Assembly: GCF_038881575.1 (NCBI RefSeq)
Contig: NZ_JAVZPN010000001.1
Coordinates: 55,138 to 79,137, forward strand
Length of the DNA stretch: 24,000 nucleotides
Direction: 5' to 3'
Source of the DNA: Desulfurococcus sp.
GTDB lineage: Archaea > Thermoproteota > Thermoprotei_A > Sulfolobales > Desulfurococcaceae
Shown: piece by piece, positions 16,347 through 23,991 of the stretch
Layout of the letters: each line of letters starts with the position of its first letter
How positions within the stretch are numbered: position 1 is the stretch's first letter
Notes under the pieces: model-generated
Databases searched by the model: none
Seen by the model: only the letters and a program-made list of their open reading frames with translations
Told to the model about the DNA's origin: nothing
Made by a program: the position numbers and the translations under genes

Positions 16347-16823
16347 TCAATGACTCGAGAAGTATTTCAGTGCCCATAGTATTTCATCTATTATAGTATA
16401 TATGAGTAGCAGCAGGGACTCCGGGTTCGACTTGTTCGCTATATACTCCTGGATAGCTGTATCTCTTAGTCTAACCCTGTATACAATCACTCTTTCACCA
16501 TCACTTCTCCCTACTACTGGTTTACCCCTATATTCTACATGAGTGATGGTGTACTTGCCGGGTAAGTCGTGGGGCTTCCTCGAGATTAATGGGATCCTGA
16601 GCTCACCGTGTCTAACTGGCTTATGGTTTAAGGCGATTACTGTTATGGAGCCGGGTTCATTAATGTATACATCCTCTACACCGAGCTTCCCGAGGGACCC
16701 GGCATTAATTAGCTGTGCAAGGTATCCTTTCACCAGTACAGTGAGCTCCTCTAAGTCCCCCTGGATGTCGGGATACTTGTTCAAAGCCTGCTCGATATTT
16801 ATACCCATATTCTCGACCCACAA
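16347..16823 (-). CDS. Hypothetical protein (158 aa), no recognisable motifs
   Basis: Clean ORF with an AT-rich upstream region. A likely start is also available at MGINIEQ (16808). No family recognised by eye. Confidence 0.5.
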   Translation of the reverse strand: MWVENMGINIEQALNKYPDIQGDLEELTVLVKGYLAQLINAGSLGKLGVEDVYINEPGSITVIALNHKPVRHGELRIPLISRKPHDLPGKYTITHVEYRGKPVVGRSDGERVIVYRVRLRDTAIQEYIANKSNPESLLLLIYTIIDEILWALKYFSSH

Positions 16824-16864
16824 GATCTATATTTTTTGAATCTTTTTAAATATTTGGTCCGTAA

Positions 16865-16884
16865 AATATATATTAATATATATT
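16865..16884. repeat. 20-bp perfect A/T-only palindrome in the most AT-rich stretch of the window
   Basis: AATATATATTAATATATATT is its own reverse complement. It lies in the spacer between the 158-aa ORF and the 3' end of the VirB4 operon. Confidence 0.8.
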
Positions 16885-16982
16885 GACGCATCCAAGTTTG
16901 AAAACAATATACTGTGGCACCCAGGTCCAGGAATCAGTTGACAATAAACTATAAACCTGGGGCTCTACAAGTTCATGGAAAG

Positions 16983-17031
16983 CCCTAGTAGGGGCAAAGC
17001 CCTCATCCTTTAGTGCGGGGAGCCGTCGACC
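16983..17031 (+). repeat. Orphan copy of the IS right-end-like sequence
   Basis: 17007-17022 is CCTTTAGTGCGGGGAG (1 mismatch to the reference core). The flank AAAGCCCTCATCC matches the 2.7-kb copy. It supplies the last ~10 codons and the stop of the 17003-17341 gene. Confidence 0.6.
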
Positions 17032-17341
17032 TTGATCCCCTATGGCTTAACCAATTCCACCAGTAAATGAATATTAAAGAATAGATGTAAGCCGTCAACA
17101 TGTTCTCTAGGGTCATTGTTTTCCCAGAGTATACTATACTAGCTACTGTCATAGACATCATTAACAAGCCGGTTGCAAGCGCGCCTAGGGAACCGTTTGT
17201 AAGCCACGCGTGTAGCAGGAGTATGCCTGGGATCAGGGTTACCGTGTTCCTCAGCTTCAAGGGGCCAATCAGCTTTTCATCAAGTACTGATGCCTCCTCA
17301 AGGTATATGAAGTCATGGAGCCTCGCCTCCATCCTACTCAC
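17003..17341 (-). CDS. Small membrane protein, PrgI/VirB3-like candidate
   Basis: 112 aa with two or three hydrophobic helices. DEKLIGPLKLRNTV and YSGKTMTLENMLTAYIYS resemble the G-L-(S/T)-x-R-Q and G-(M/L)-x-x-E-x-x-(I/L) blocks of PrgI-family proteins (from memory). GTG start overlaps the VirB4-like stop (GTGA). Confidence 0.45.
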   Translation of the reverse strand: MSRMEARLHDFIYLEEASVLDEKLIGPLKLRNTVTLIPGILLLHAWLTNGSLGALATGLLMMSMTVASIVYSGKTMTLENMLTAYIYSLIFIYWWNWLSHRGSRSTAPRTKG

Positions 17342-19140
17342 CTACTCGTAGAGAATAACCCGAGTTCCTCACTAGTTGCAAGCACCTGTATAAATAGTCT
17401 CTTACCACCTGTCTTCAACAAGCCGTAGCCTGGTGGAGCGTTTACAATGGTGTTTACCTCTGCATCGCTTAAGCCATATATCTCCCTTAATATATTCCTC
17501 CCCTCCTGCTCCTGCCTTAACACTAGTGCAGTGGCTGATTGCTCCAGGATACTCCTGCCCTGCGGGGTTCTAGCGAGATCCTCTGCCCTCTGGGTTACAT
17601 AGATGAATGCAACTCCATGCTTCCTCCCTCTTCTCGCAATGTTCTCCAGTAGCCCCATTAGAGATGGGGTTTCAAGGAATAACCATGCTTCATCAATGAA
17701 GAAAACCGATCTTCCTGTTTTAGAGAGTAGCTTATTGTACGCGTATACACTGATAAGCGAGCTTATAAGCGCTTTCAAGCGCCTAGATCTAATATTCTTC
17801 AACCCGAATATAGTCGACCCCCTTAGCTCTGGGAGCCTCCCCCTGTACACATGGATATCGGGTGGTGCCAATGCTCCCTTGAGGAAGCCCTTTAACTCCT
17901 TGTCGCCGATGACTTCTATAAAGCTCTCTAAGTCAACCACTCTATCACTCTTAACGAATAACTCCCTCCTTAGAACACCCTGTAGCCTCGGGGGTATAGC
18001 GTAGAGCTCTGAAAGCACGTCGGCTACTTGGCCTAGTTCTAGGAATCCTTCTTTAAGTAGTCTAACGGGATCTAAACCTAGCTCCTCGCCCTCAGTGATC
18101 TCCACTGATGTTGCATCAAATACCCTTGAAGCCCTCGTATACTCTGACTCTGGGTCGACACCAAAGTAAACTACACCTCTGTCAAGCTCCCTAAGCCTCT
18201 TCAAGTATATTTTAATAGTCATTGATTTACCGGCTCCTGAGACCCCTAGCACGACGAAGTTGAGGTTAGGTTTGCTCCAGAGATCCAGGATTACGGGGCA
18301 TCCAGAGCCTGAGACCCCGAGGAATACGCCTCGTTCATCCCTCACCTCCTCGTCCACTAGGAAGAAGAATGGTTTAATGGAGTAGGTATCTGTATATTTT
18401 TTCTCAAGCCCAGCGAGTAGTCCACTAGTCTTAAAGTAGTATAGATCCAGCTGTATGTAGGGGGCCTCAGCCTCCAGGCCATGCGTCTTCAATAAGTCTC
18501 TTAACTCTCCAGCCTTATCCTCTAGTGACTTGTAATCCCGTGCTATCATAGTGAGGAGTAAGTGGAACTCATAGAGGTCTGCGCCCCTGATTATCCTCGA
18601 AGCTAGTTCCCCTGCGAGCTCTACACTGGCTTCCTCCCTAGCCCCCAGTACACCTAGCCTTCTCTTCCTCACTGAGTCAGCTATATGGATGGCCCTTGAA
18701 CGCGGGATCCGTTTAAAGACTAATGTAACTTCATCACTAGAGGAGAGGAGCATGTATGTGAAGCCCTCCGGTAGCTTCAATGGATACCTGTAGACAACGT
18801 ATACCCTGGCAATCCTACCGTCCTCGAGTAAGAGTGTCCTAGGATTCGTCAACCCAACTGCCCTCGGCCTCTTAGGTTCCTCTCTCGAGGCATTGAAGAA
18901 TGAGAGGTTTACTCCGGGTGGAGCTAATGCATAGTACTCGTATTGTGCTGTATCTATAGAGTAGGCTCCATACCTGTACTCCTCAGTGATCCTCCTGGCT
19001 AGTAGCACTCCCTCCTTTATCACGGATATCATTGAACTCCATTCCTCGAGAACCAGGTCTCTCTCCGCATCGGTGAGGTTGAAGAATGACACGCCTGTAA
19101 ACCTCCACCATACATGGTTATACATTACCGGGCACCACAC
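17338..19140 (-). CDS. VirB4/TrbE/CedB-family type IV secretion ATPase
   Basis: 600 aa. A long N-terminal VirB4-like region, Walker A VLGVSGAGKS, Walker B VFFIDEAW, downstream YVTQR. ATG at 19125 is an alternative to GTG 19140. Confidence 0.7.
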   Translation of the reverse strand: MWCPVMYNHVWWRFTGVSFFNLTDAERDLVLEEWSSMISVIKEGVLLARRITEEYRYGAYSIDTAQYEYYALAPPGVNLSFFNASREEPKRPRAVGLTNPRTLLLEDGRIARVYVVYRYPLKLPEGFTYMLLSSSDEVTLVFKRIPRSRAIHIADSVRKRRLGVLGAREEASVELAGELASRIIRGADLYEFHLLLTMIARDYKSLEDKAGELRDLLKTHGLEAEAPYIQLDLYYFKTSGLLAGLEKKYTDTYSIKPFFFLVDEEVRDERGVFLGVSGSGCPVILDLWSKPNLNFVVLGVSGAGKSMTIKIYLKRLRELDRGVVYFGVDPESEYTRASRVFDATSVEITEGEELGLDPVRLLKEGFLELGQVADVLSELYAIPPRLQGVLRRELFVKSDRVVDLESFIEVIGDKELKGFLKGALAPPDIHVYRGRLPELRGSTIFGLKNIRSRRLKALISSLISVYAYNKLLSKTGRSVFFIDEAWLFLETPSLMGLLENIARRGRKHGVAFIYVTQRAEDLARTPQGRSILEQSATALVLRQEQEGRNILREIYGLSDAEVNTIVNAPPGYGLLKTGGKRLFIQVLATSEELGLFSTSR

Positions 19141-19190
19141 CTATACTGTAGAAGGGGGTCAAATAATCAGGGCCCTACACGGTATGCTCC

Positions 19191-19198
19191 TTATTTAA
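19191..19198 (+). promoter_or_regulatory. TATA-like box for the pilin/ATPase operon (leaderless geometry)
   Basis: TTATTTAA, centred ~24 nt upstream of ATG 19218. It lies within the ~80-90 bp divergent spacer shared with the VirB4-like operon. Confidence 0.3.
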
Positions 19199-19217
19199 CT
19201 CGTCTACGACACGTAGC

Positions 19218-19493
19218 ATGGGTGGGATAATGGATCTCGTATATCAATTACTCTACTCCCTACCAATAACAGTGACCCCTGAGCCACCGCCTGGCATAGG
19301 TGAAGCCGTCTCAAGGGTGCTCAGCTGGCTCTACTGGCTCTCATGGGTTGCAGTGCTCGGGGCAGGCTTCTACGGTGTCTTAAAGATCGTGACTGGTGAT
19401 AGTGATGAAGGGAGAAGGCTTATCATCAGCGCTATCGTGGGAGGAGTACTACTAGCCTTCCTCTGGCTGATACTATCCGTTCTTATCTCATAG
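19218..19493 (+). CDS. VirB2/TrbC-like conjugative pilin candidate (CedA1/TedC-like)
   Basis: 91 aa. N-terminal leader-like segment, hydrophobic helix 1 (VLSWLYWLSWVAVLGAGFYGVLKIV), short charged loop (TGDSDEGRR), hydrophobic helix 2 (LIISAIVGGVLLAFLWLILSVLIS). It sits 13 nt upstream of an ATPase gene. Confidence 0.5.
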   Translation: MGGIMDLVYQLLYSLPITVTPEPPPGIGEAVSRVLSWLYWLSWVAVLGAGFYGVLKIVTGDSDEGRRLIISAIVGGVLLAFLWLILSVLIS

Positions 19494-19506
19494 CGTCTCA
19501 GCCAGC

Positions 19507-21435
19507 GTGGTACCAGTGCAACTATACCGTGTATTCCCCAGGATCGGGGAGAAGCCGGATCCCAGCGTCCTGGGCTATAGGTTCACTTACTGCCTGTTGA
19601 ATACCGGGGGAAGCCTCAAGGTATTCATCGCCACTGAGCTACCTAGGGATTCTCTCAGTAAATTCATGGATGTCAGGGAGTATAGTGTACAGGAGTTGAC
19701 CGAGGAAACCGGCCTAGAACTATATGTTTCAGAAGCGAGATTGAAGAATAGAAGGGATTTCTGGCTGAGGGACACGATTATACTGGATCCACCGAGCCTA
19801 GCGTCTTCTCTTGGAAGGCCTGGGTTGATGTGTATAGGGTTCTCCAGGGACACCGTGTTAGATGAGATATTCTTCTCGAGGGCTCGTGGGTTATTGAAGG
19901 CTAGAGGGACCCGTGGAGGCAGGGTGGAGGCTGAGGCCATCCTTGATAGGGCTAGGAGAGGGCTATGGACCCTGAGGATAATGGGGGCTGCAAGGGATAG
20001 GATTACCCTTGGGTTGATCGAGGAGAAGTATTCCACGGCATCTTACACAGGCTTTAAATGGGTTAGGCATGCGGCCAGAACCCCTGGTGAACTATGGGGG
20101 TACCTGAAGCCGTTGGAGACGGGTTTCTGGACCCGGGTTTTCCCCGGGGATATACCAGTTGTAACCAGTAGTAGGGTGTATGATATGATGGTTCTCCCTG
20201 ATCCAGCTATACATACCGTTGAATTCGCAAGGAGAAGCCCTCTGCCAGAGGCTGTACCAGTTAGAAGCGGGGCTAATTGCTTCAGGATAGGCTCTACCCT
20301 CAACGGGAAGGAGGTAAGGCTCTGCATGAGTGACCTCGAGAGGCATGTCTACGTTATTGGCCAAACCGGTAGTGGTAAGACTAGTTTCCTTAAGCTCCTG
20401 GTTCACAGGGTGCATGAAACCGGTGAGGCCTCTATCATTGTGATAGATCCCCATGGAGATATGGCTTTAGAGCTAGGTAATGAGATACCCGGTTCATTAC
20501 TCTATGACCCGGTCGATAACCCGTTCAGTATCAATCCTCTTGACCTGCCTAGACACAGGGATAGGGATTACGCTGTATCAGTCGCTATAGACATACTCCT
20601 TGATATCTTCCACGAGGTTTTAAAACTAGTGAACACAGCTGTGAACGTCAGGTACTTGCTTAGAGTCGTCTTGAGAGCCCTGTACTCCAGGAGTGATTCA
20701 CCCACTATGGCGGACCTATATAATACTATACTAGGACTGTATGATGGCAGGGTCACACTGGGAGATCTAAGCGACTACGAGTGGAGGCGCCAAATAGGGG
20801 TGCTCAGGAGTATGCAGAGGCAGTCCCTTATCTCGGCATTATCGAGGCTGGAGCCGTATGCCAGGGATAGATTCCTCAGGGAGTTAACAAGCAGGACCAG
20901 CGTGGACTTCGAGGAAATGCTGTCCCCTGGATCACTAACATTATTCTCCATACCCAAGGCGGTTGTAGGAGGAGACTTAGCCAGATTAATTGCATCAACA
21001 ATAGTTATCAAGACATGGTACGAGGCGCTGGCTAGGCCGAGGCTGGGAAAGCCTAGGACACCCGTGTTCCTCATCATAGATGAGTTCCAATTCGTCTCTG
21101 ATCTCCCATTAATAGATATTATTTTCTCGGAGGCTAGGAAGTATGGGTTACACCTCGTTGTAGCACATCAACACACTGGTCAAATACCGGGCCAGCTAAT
21201 CCAATCAGTGCTTACTAATACAGGTGTGAAACTAGTGTTCCAAGTGGCTGGTGAAGACGCTGAGAAACTAAGCACTATCGACGCCGACTTCGCCAGACTA
21301 CTCCGAAGAACCCTAACATCCCTGTCAACAGGTATGGCCGTATTAAAGATAGCTGGAAGACCTGGAGAGCAGTCTCCACCACCGTTAATTGTTAAACTAG
21401 ATTACCCCGGATCCACCGGGTTGAAGCCGGGTTAG
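19507..21435 (+). CDS. FtsK/HerA-superfamily P-loop ATPase, VirD4/TraG-like coupling-protein candidate
   Basis: 642 aa. Walker A VIGQTGSGKTS followed by VIDPHGD, Walker B VFLIIDEFQ, ARKYGLHLVVAHQHTGQI. The first ~280 aa have no recognisable motifs and no TM helices. GTG start. Confidence 0.65.
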   Translation: MVPVQLYRVFPRIGEKPDPSVLGYRFTYCLLNTGGSLKVFIATELPRDSLSKFMDVREYSVQELTEETGLELYVSEARLKNRRDFWLRDTIILDPPSLASSLGRPGLMCIGFSRDTVLDEIFFSRARGLLKARGTRGGRVEAEAILDRARRGLWTLRIMGAARDRITLGLIEEKYSTASYTGFKWVRHAARTPGELWGYLKPLETGFWTRVFPGDIPVVTSSRVYDMMVLPDPAIHTVEFARRSPLPEAVPVRSGANCFRIGSTLNGKEVRLCMSDLERHVYVIGQTGSGKTSFLKLLVHRVHETGEASIIVIDPHGDMALELGNEIPGSLLYDPVDNPFSINPLDLPRHRDRDYAVSVAIDILLDIFHEVLKLVNTAVNVRYLLRVVLRALYSRSDSPTMADLYNTILGLYDGRVTLGDLSDYEWRRQIGVLRSMQRQSLISALSRLEPYARDRFLRELTSRTSVDFEEMLSPGSLTLFSIPKAVVGGDLARLIASTIVIKTWYEALARPRLGKPRTPVFLIIDEFQFVSDLPLIDIIFSEARKYGLHLVVAHQHTGQIPGQLIQSVLTNTGVKLVFQVAGEDAEKLSTIDADFARLLRRTLTSLSTGMAVLKIAGRPGEQSPPPLIVKLDYPGSTGLKPG

Positions 21436-21466
21436 CTGACGGCTCCTCGCCCTAAGGGGTGATGAC
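21401..21466 (-). repeat. Orphan copy of the IS right-end-like sequence, inverted relative to the 17.0-kb copy
   Basis: The reverse complement of 21443-21458 is CCCTTAGGGCGAGGAG (2 mismatches). It is followed by GGAGCCGTC (shared with the 17.0-kb copy), GTCAGCT and CGGTGGATCC (shared with the reference copy). It overlaps the last 12 codons of the ATPase gene. Confidence 0.6.
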
Positions 21467-21717
21467 TCTATCCTCGCTGGGGCTTTCCTCATTTCTTCGG
21501 GTATCCCTCACTAGGGCGGCATCACTTGTACAGGGCCCGCTGTCAGCCTGCGAGTGGTGCATAGCGAGTCTAGCAGACAATAAGCTAATGCACCAACTCC
21601 AAGTATTGCTGTCTAGTAAAAAGCTTATAAACAAGCTCCCCCGCCTTGAAAGACAAGGCCTCATGAAGCTGTGAACCCGTTAAAAGACGTATTCAGGGAA
21701 CCCTGGGAAAAAGCTCT

Positions 21718-22281
21718 TTAAGCTAGTGCCGGAGGTGCCTGCACTACCTGCTCCTGGGCCGGCTGTGGCGGCTTCAAGCTGAAGAAGGCTACTGCGGCTA
21801 TTATCCACGCTATGAAAACCAGTATTAATCCCACTATTATGATCGTCAAAGCCGCCCCGATCAATAATATAAGTCCTGCTGTCTCCAGGAGCTTCTCACC
21901 TGATTTAGTTGCTAGGAGATCAAGGGATTTCTTGTAGAATAATGCCTCTAATACTAGGATGACAAAGTATACAACGATGAAAAGTAGTACTGTACCAATT
22001 ACTCCTTCTGCCATATGCCGTGGTATACTGGGAGCGAAGGTTATTGCGATCCCTACTATAGATATTGCCATAAATATTATTGTCACTAAACCTATTACAC
22101 CGATTATCACGGCATATAAGGCATACCTGAATATACCCTCCTCCCTATATGTGTCTGAGAGACCCTTCAACCCTATTAGTAACAGTATTAATCCCACTAG
22201 TGCCAGCAACGGGATAAAGACGCCTATTGCCATGAGGATTGATCCTATTCCAGCCAGTATCCTACTCGAGTCAAACTCCAT
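21718..22281 (-). CDS. Polytopic membrane protein, DUF996-like
   Basis: 187 aa, ~5-6 TM helices. ILAGIGSILMAIG...LILLLIGLKGLSDTYREEGIF resembles the archaeal DUF996 signature (from memory). Pro/Gln/Ala-rich tail. Confidence 0.55.
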   Translation of the reverse strand: MEFDSSRILAGIGSILMAIGVFIPLLALVGLILLLIGLKGLSDTYREEGIFRYALYAVIIGVIGLVTIIFMAISIVGIAITFAPSIPRHMAEGVIGTVLLFIVVYFVILVLEALFYKKSLDLLATKSGEKLLETAGLILLIGAALTIIIVGLILVFIAWIIAAVAFFSLKPPQPAQEQVVQAPPALA

Positions 22282-22398
22282 TTCCCTTACCTCACCTATA
22301 TATTAGATCTGTTCTAGACTTAATATAATATAGCCTTATAGGGGCCGTGAAGCACTGATTATTTCACTCCAGGAAGCATTCCTTCTCCAGGGATCTCT

Positions 22399-23991
22399 AT
22401 GGGCATTATGTCTAGTTTACTAGGATACCTCGACTGGATTCTATGGGCTTTAAGCATTAGTGTTATAATAGTCTCAATCATTAAGCATGTCCTGGGACAC
22501 AGGGACTCCGGGGCTTGGTTTCTCAGGGGTGTAGCCGGGCTACTCCTAGCTGGCTTCTCCAGCATCTTAGTTAACTCCCTCTATAATGCATCGCAGGACG
22601 TATTAGGGCATGCCTCCTACGGCTGGATCCTCCACGCGTCTTCATTGGGGCTCGTACTAATTGGTGGATTATATATTGCCATGGGCAGGATCGGTGAAGG
22701 CATCTCCAGTATTCTAGGGGGCATCCTCCTCATTGGGGTTGGGTTGATGGGTATTTACCTAGGCAGCAGTCTCCATGGAGGCTATGGCGGGCCGCTCTAT
22801 GTCTACCTCTACACTGATAAGCAGGGCTATTATGTTGGGGAAGCAGTCGGCCTCTCGGTCTCCATCTCCCCGGGGATCAACGGTGCCTCCTATACTGTTT
22901 CATGGGGTGATGGGGTTGTTGAGGAGTTCGATGGCGGCTCCTCCCTGAGGCTCAGCCACGTCTATAATTCAAGCGGGGCGTATGTGATACGGGTTAATGT
23001 GAGCAGTAGTGGTTTAACAGGCTTCAACAGTATCGCTGTAAGTGTCTCGGATAAACCGTGGACGCCTCCATGGCCCTTCGACATAATAGTCTCCCCTGTA
23101 ACCGGGTTCTTCAGCATGTTCTGGCAAGTTGTCTCAACACCCTTCAACCTTCAGTTGCTCACTACATCCCCCAGGCTTGAGGAGGGGTCGGCTGAATGGG
23201 GTCTCTACGAGCTAACGTTCTCTATCTCGATGAGCGGACTAGGCCTCTACCTGGGGTTCAGGCTACTCCAGGCTGTCTTCGAGGGTGAGTCGAGAGGCTT
23301 CATTGATGTTGTTAGAGAAGCCTTGATAGCCGTGCTCCTATCTCTTACAGCCCCCTATCTCCATAATGCCTCAGTCGACATGCTTAACGCTTTCTCCCTC
23401 AAGGTGGTTGAATGTGTTGATCCAATGCCCTCTATAGCCTCGATACTGGCACTTATATCGACAGGGGTGGCGCTCGGCTTCTTCATACCTGTAGCAGCAA
23501 ATTTAGCCGTTGTATTAACCATTATGCTTGCCTCAGCCTCCGCGCTAGTCGTGATCAGGCACTGGCTCATACTCACCATAACAGTTTCATCACCAATACT
23601 GGCAATCGCATACCTCCATCCAGCTCTACGTGGGGCAATGAACAGGGTAATAGGACTCTGGGGTAGCCTGGTTCTCGCGGGCCCCTTAACAGCAGTGTTC
23701 ATGAGGACCTGGAGCACTCAGGTCGGTGTAGCAGGGCAGGCTTTAACCAGCGTATTCATATACATGATACTACCCAATATAATAGGATTACTGGGTGGAG
23801 TGGGCCCGGTGATTACGAGGAGTGCCAGCATACTATTATACACCGCGCTCGGAGCGATGAGAACAATGGAGGAGAGGAGGCAGACTAGAACACAACGGTT
23901 GCAAGCTGGGGCAAACACGCCTCAAAGAATAAGATTGTTAAATCCGTATCAATCCGGGATACCATCATGGAGAACCAGGGATATCGAATAA
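22399..23991 (+). CDS. Large polytopic membrane protein with an inserted PKD-like Ig domain (VirB6/TrbL/CedA-like candidate)
   Basis: 530 aa. ~4 N-terminal TM helices, a PKD signature (SYTVSWGDG...LSHVYNSSGAYVIRVNV), then ~6-7 further TM helices and a basic cytoplasmic tail. Confidence 0.6.
   Translation: MGIMSSLLGYLDWILWALSISVIIVSIIKHVLGHRDSGAWFLRGVAGLLLAGFSSILVNSLYNASQDVLGHASYGWILHASSLGLVLIGGLYIAMGRIGEGISSILGGILLIGVGLMGIYLGSSLHGGYGGPLYVYLYTDKQGYYVGEAVGLSVSISPGINGASYTVSWGDGVVEEFDGGSSLRLSHVYNSSGAYVIRVNVSSSGLTGFNSIAVSVSDKPWTPPWPFDIIVSPVTGFFSMFWQVVSTPFNLQLLTTSPRLEEGSAEWGLYELTFSISMSGLGLYLGFRLLQAVFEGESRGFIDVVREALIAVLLSLTAPYLHNASVDMLNAFSLKVVECVDPMPSIASILALISTGVALGFFIPVAANLAVVLTIMLASASALVVIRHWLILTITVSSPILAIAYLHPALRGAMNRVIGLWGSLVLAGPLTAVFMRTWSTQVGVAGQALTSVFIYMILPNIIGLLGGVGPVITRSASILLYTALGAMRTMEERRQTRTQRLQAGANTPQRIRLLNPYQSGIPSWRTRDIE

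Noticed and set aside
16983-21466. Interpreting the inverted IS-end relics as a composite transposon carrying the ATPase core
   Set aside because: IS200/IS605-family elements transpose as single strands using distinct left and right ends and a TnpA that is absent here. Two right-end relics in inverted orientation do not make a mobilisable unit. The observation is kept as an inverted-repeat finding only.
21452-21674. Mutually antisense 70/71-aa ORFs between the ATPase and the DUF996-like gene
   Set aside because: They overlap each other completely and lie in what looks like a decayed tnpB 3'-end relic. Neither has promoter or coding support.
22359-22565. 68-aa minus-strand ORF
   Set aside because: It overlaps the promoter and start of the 530-aa membrane protein gene in antisense and has an implausible composition.
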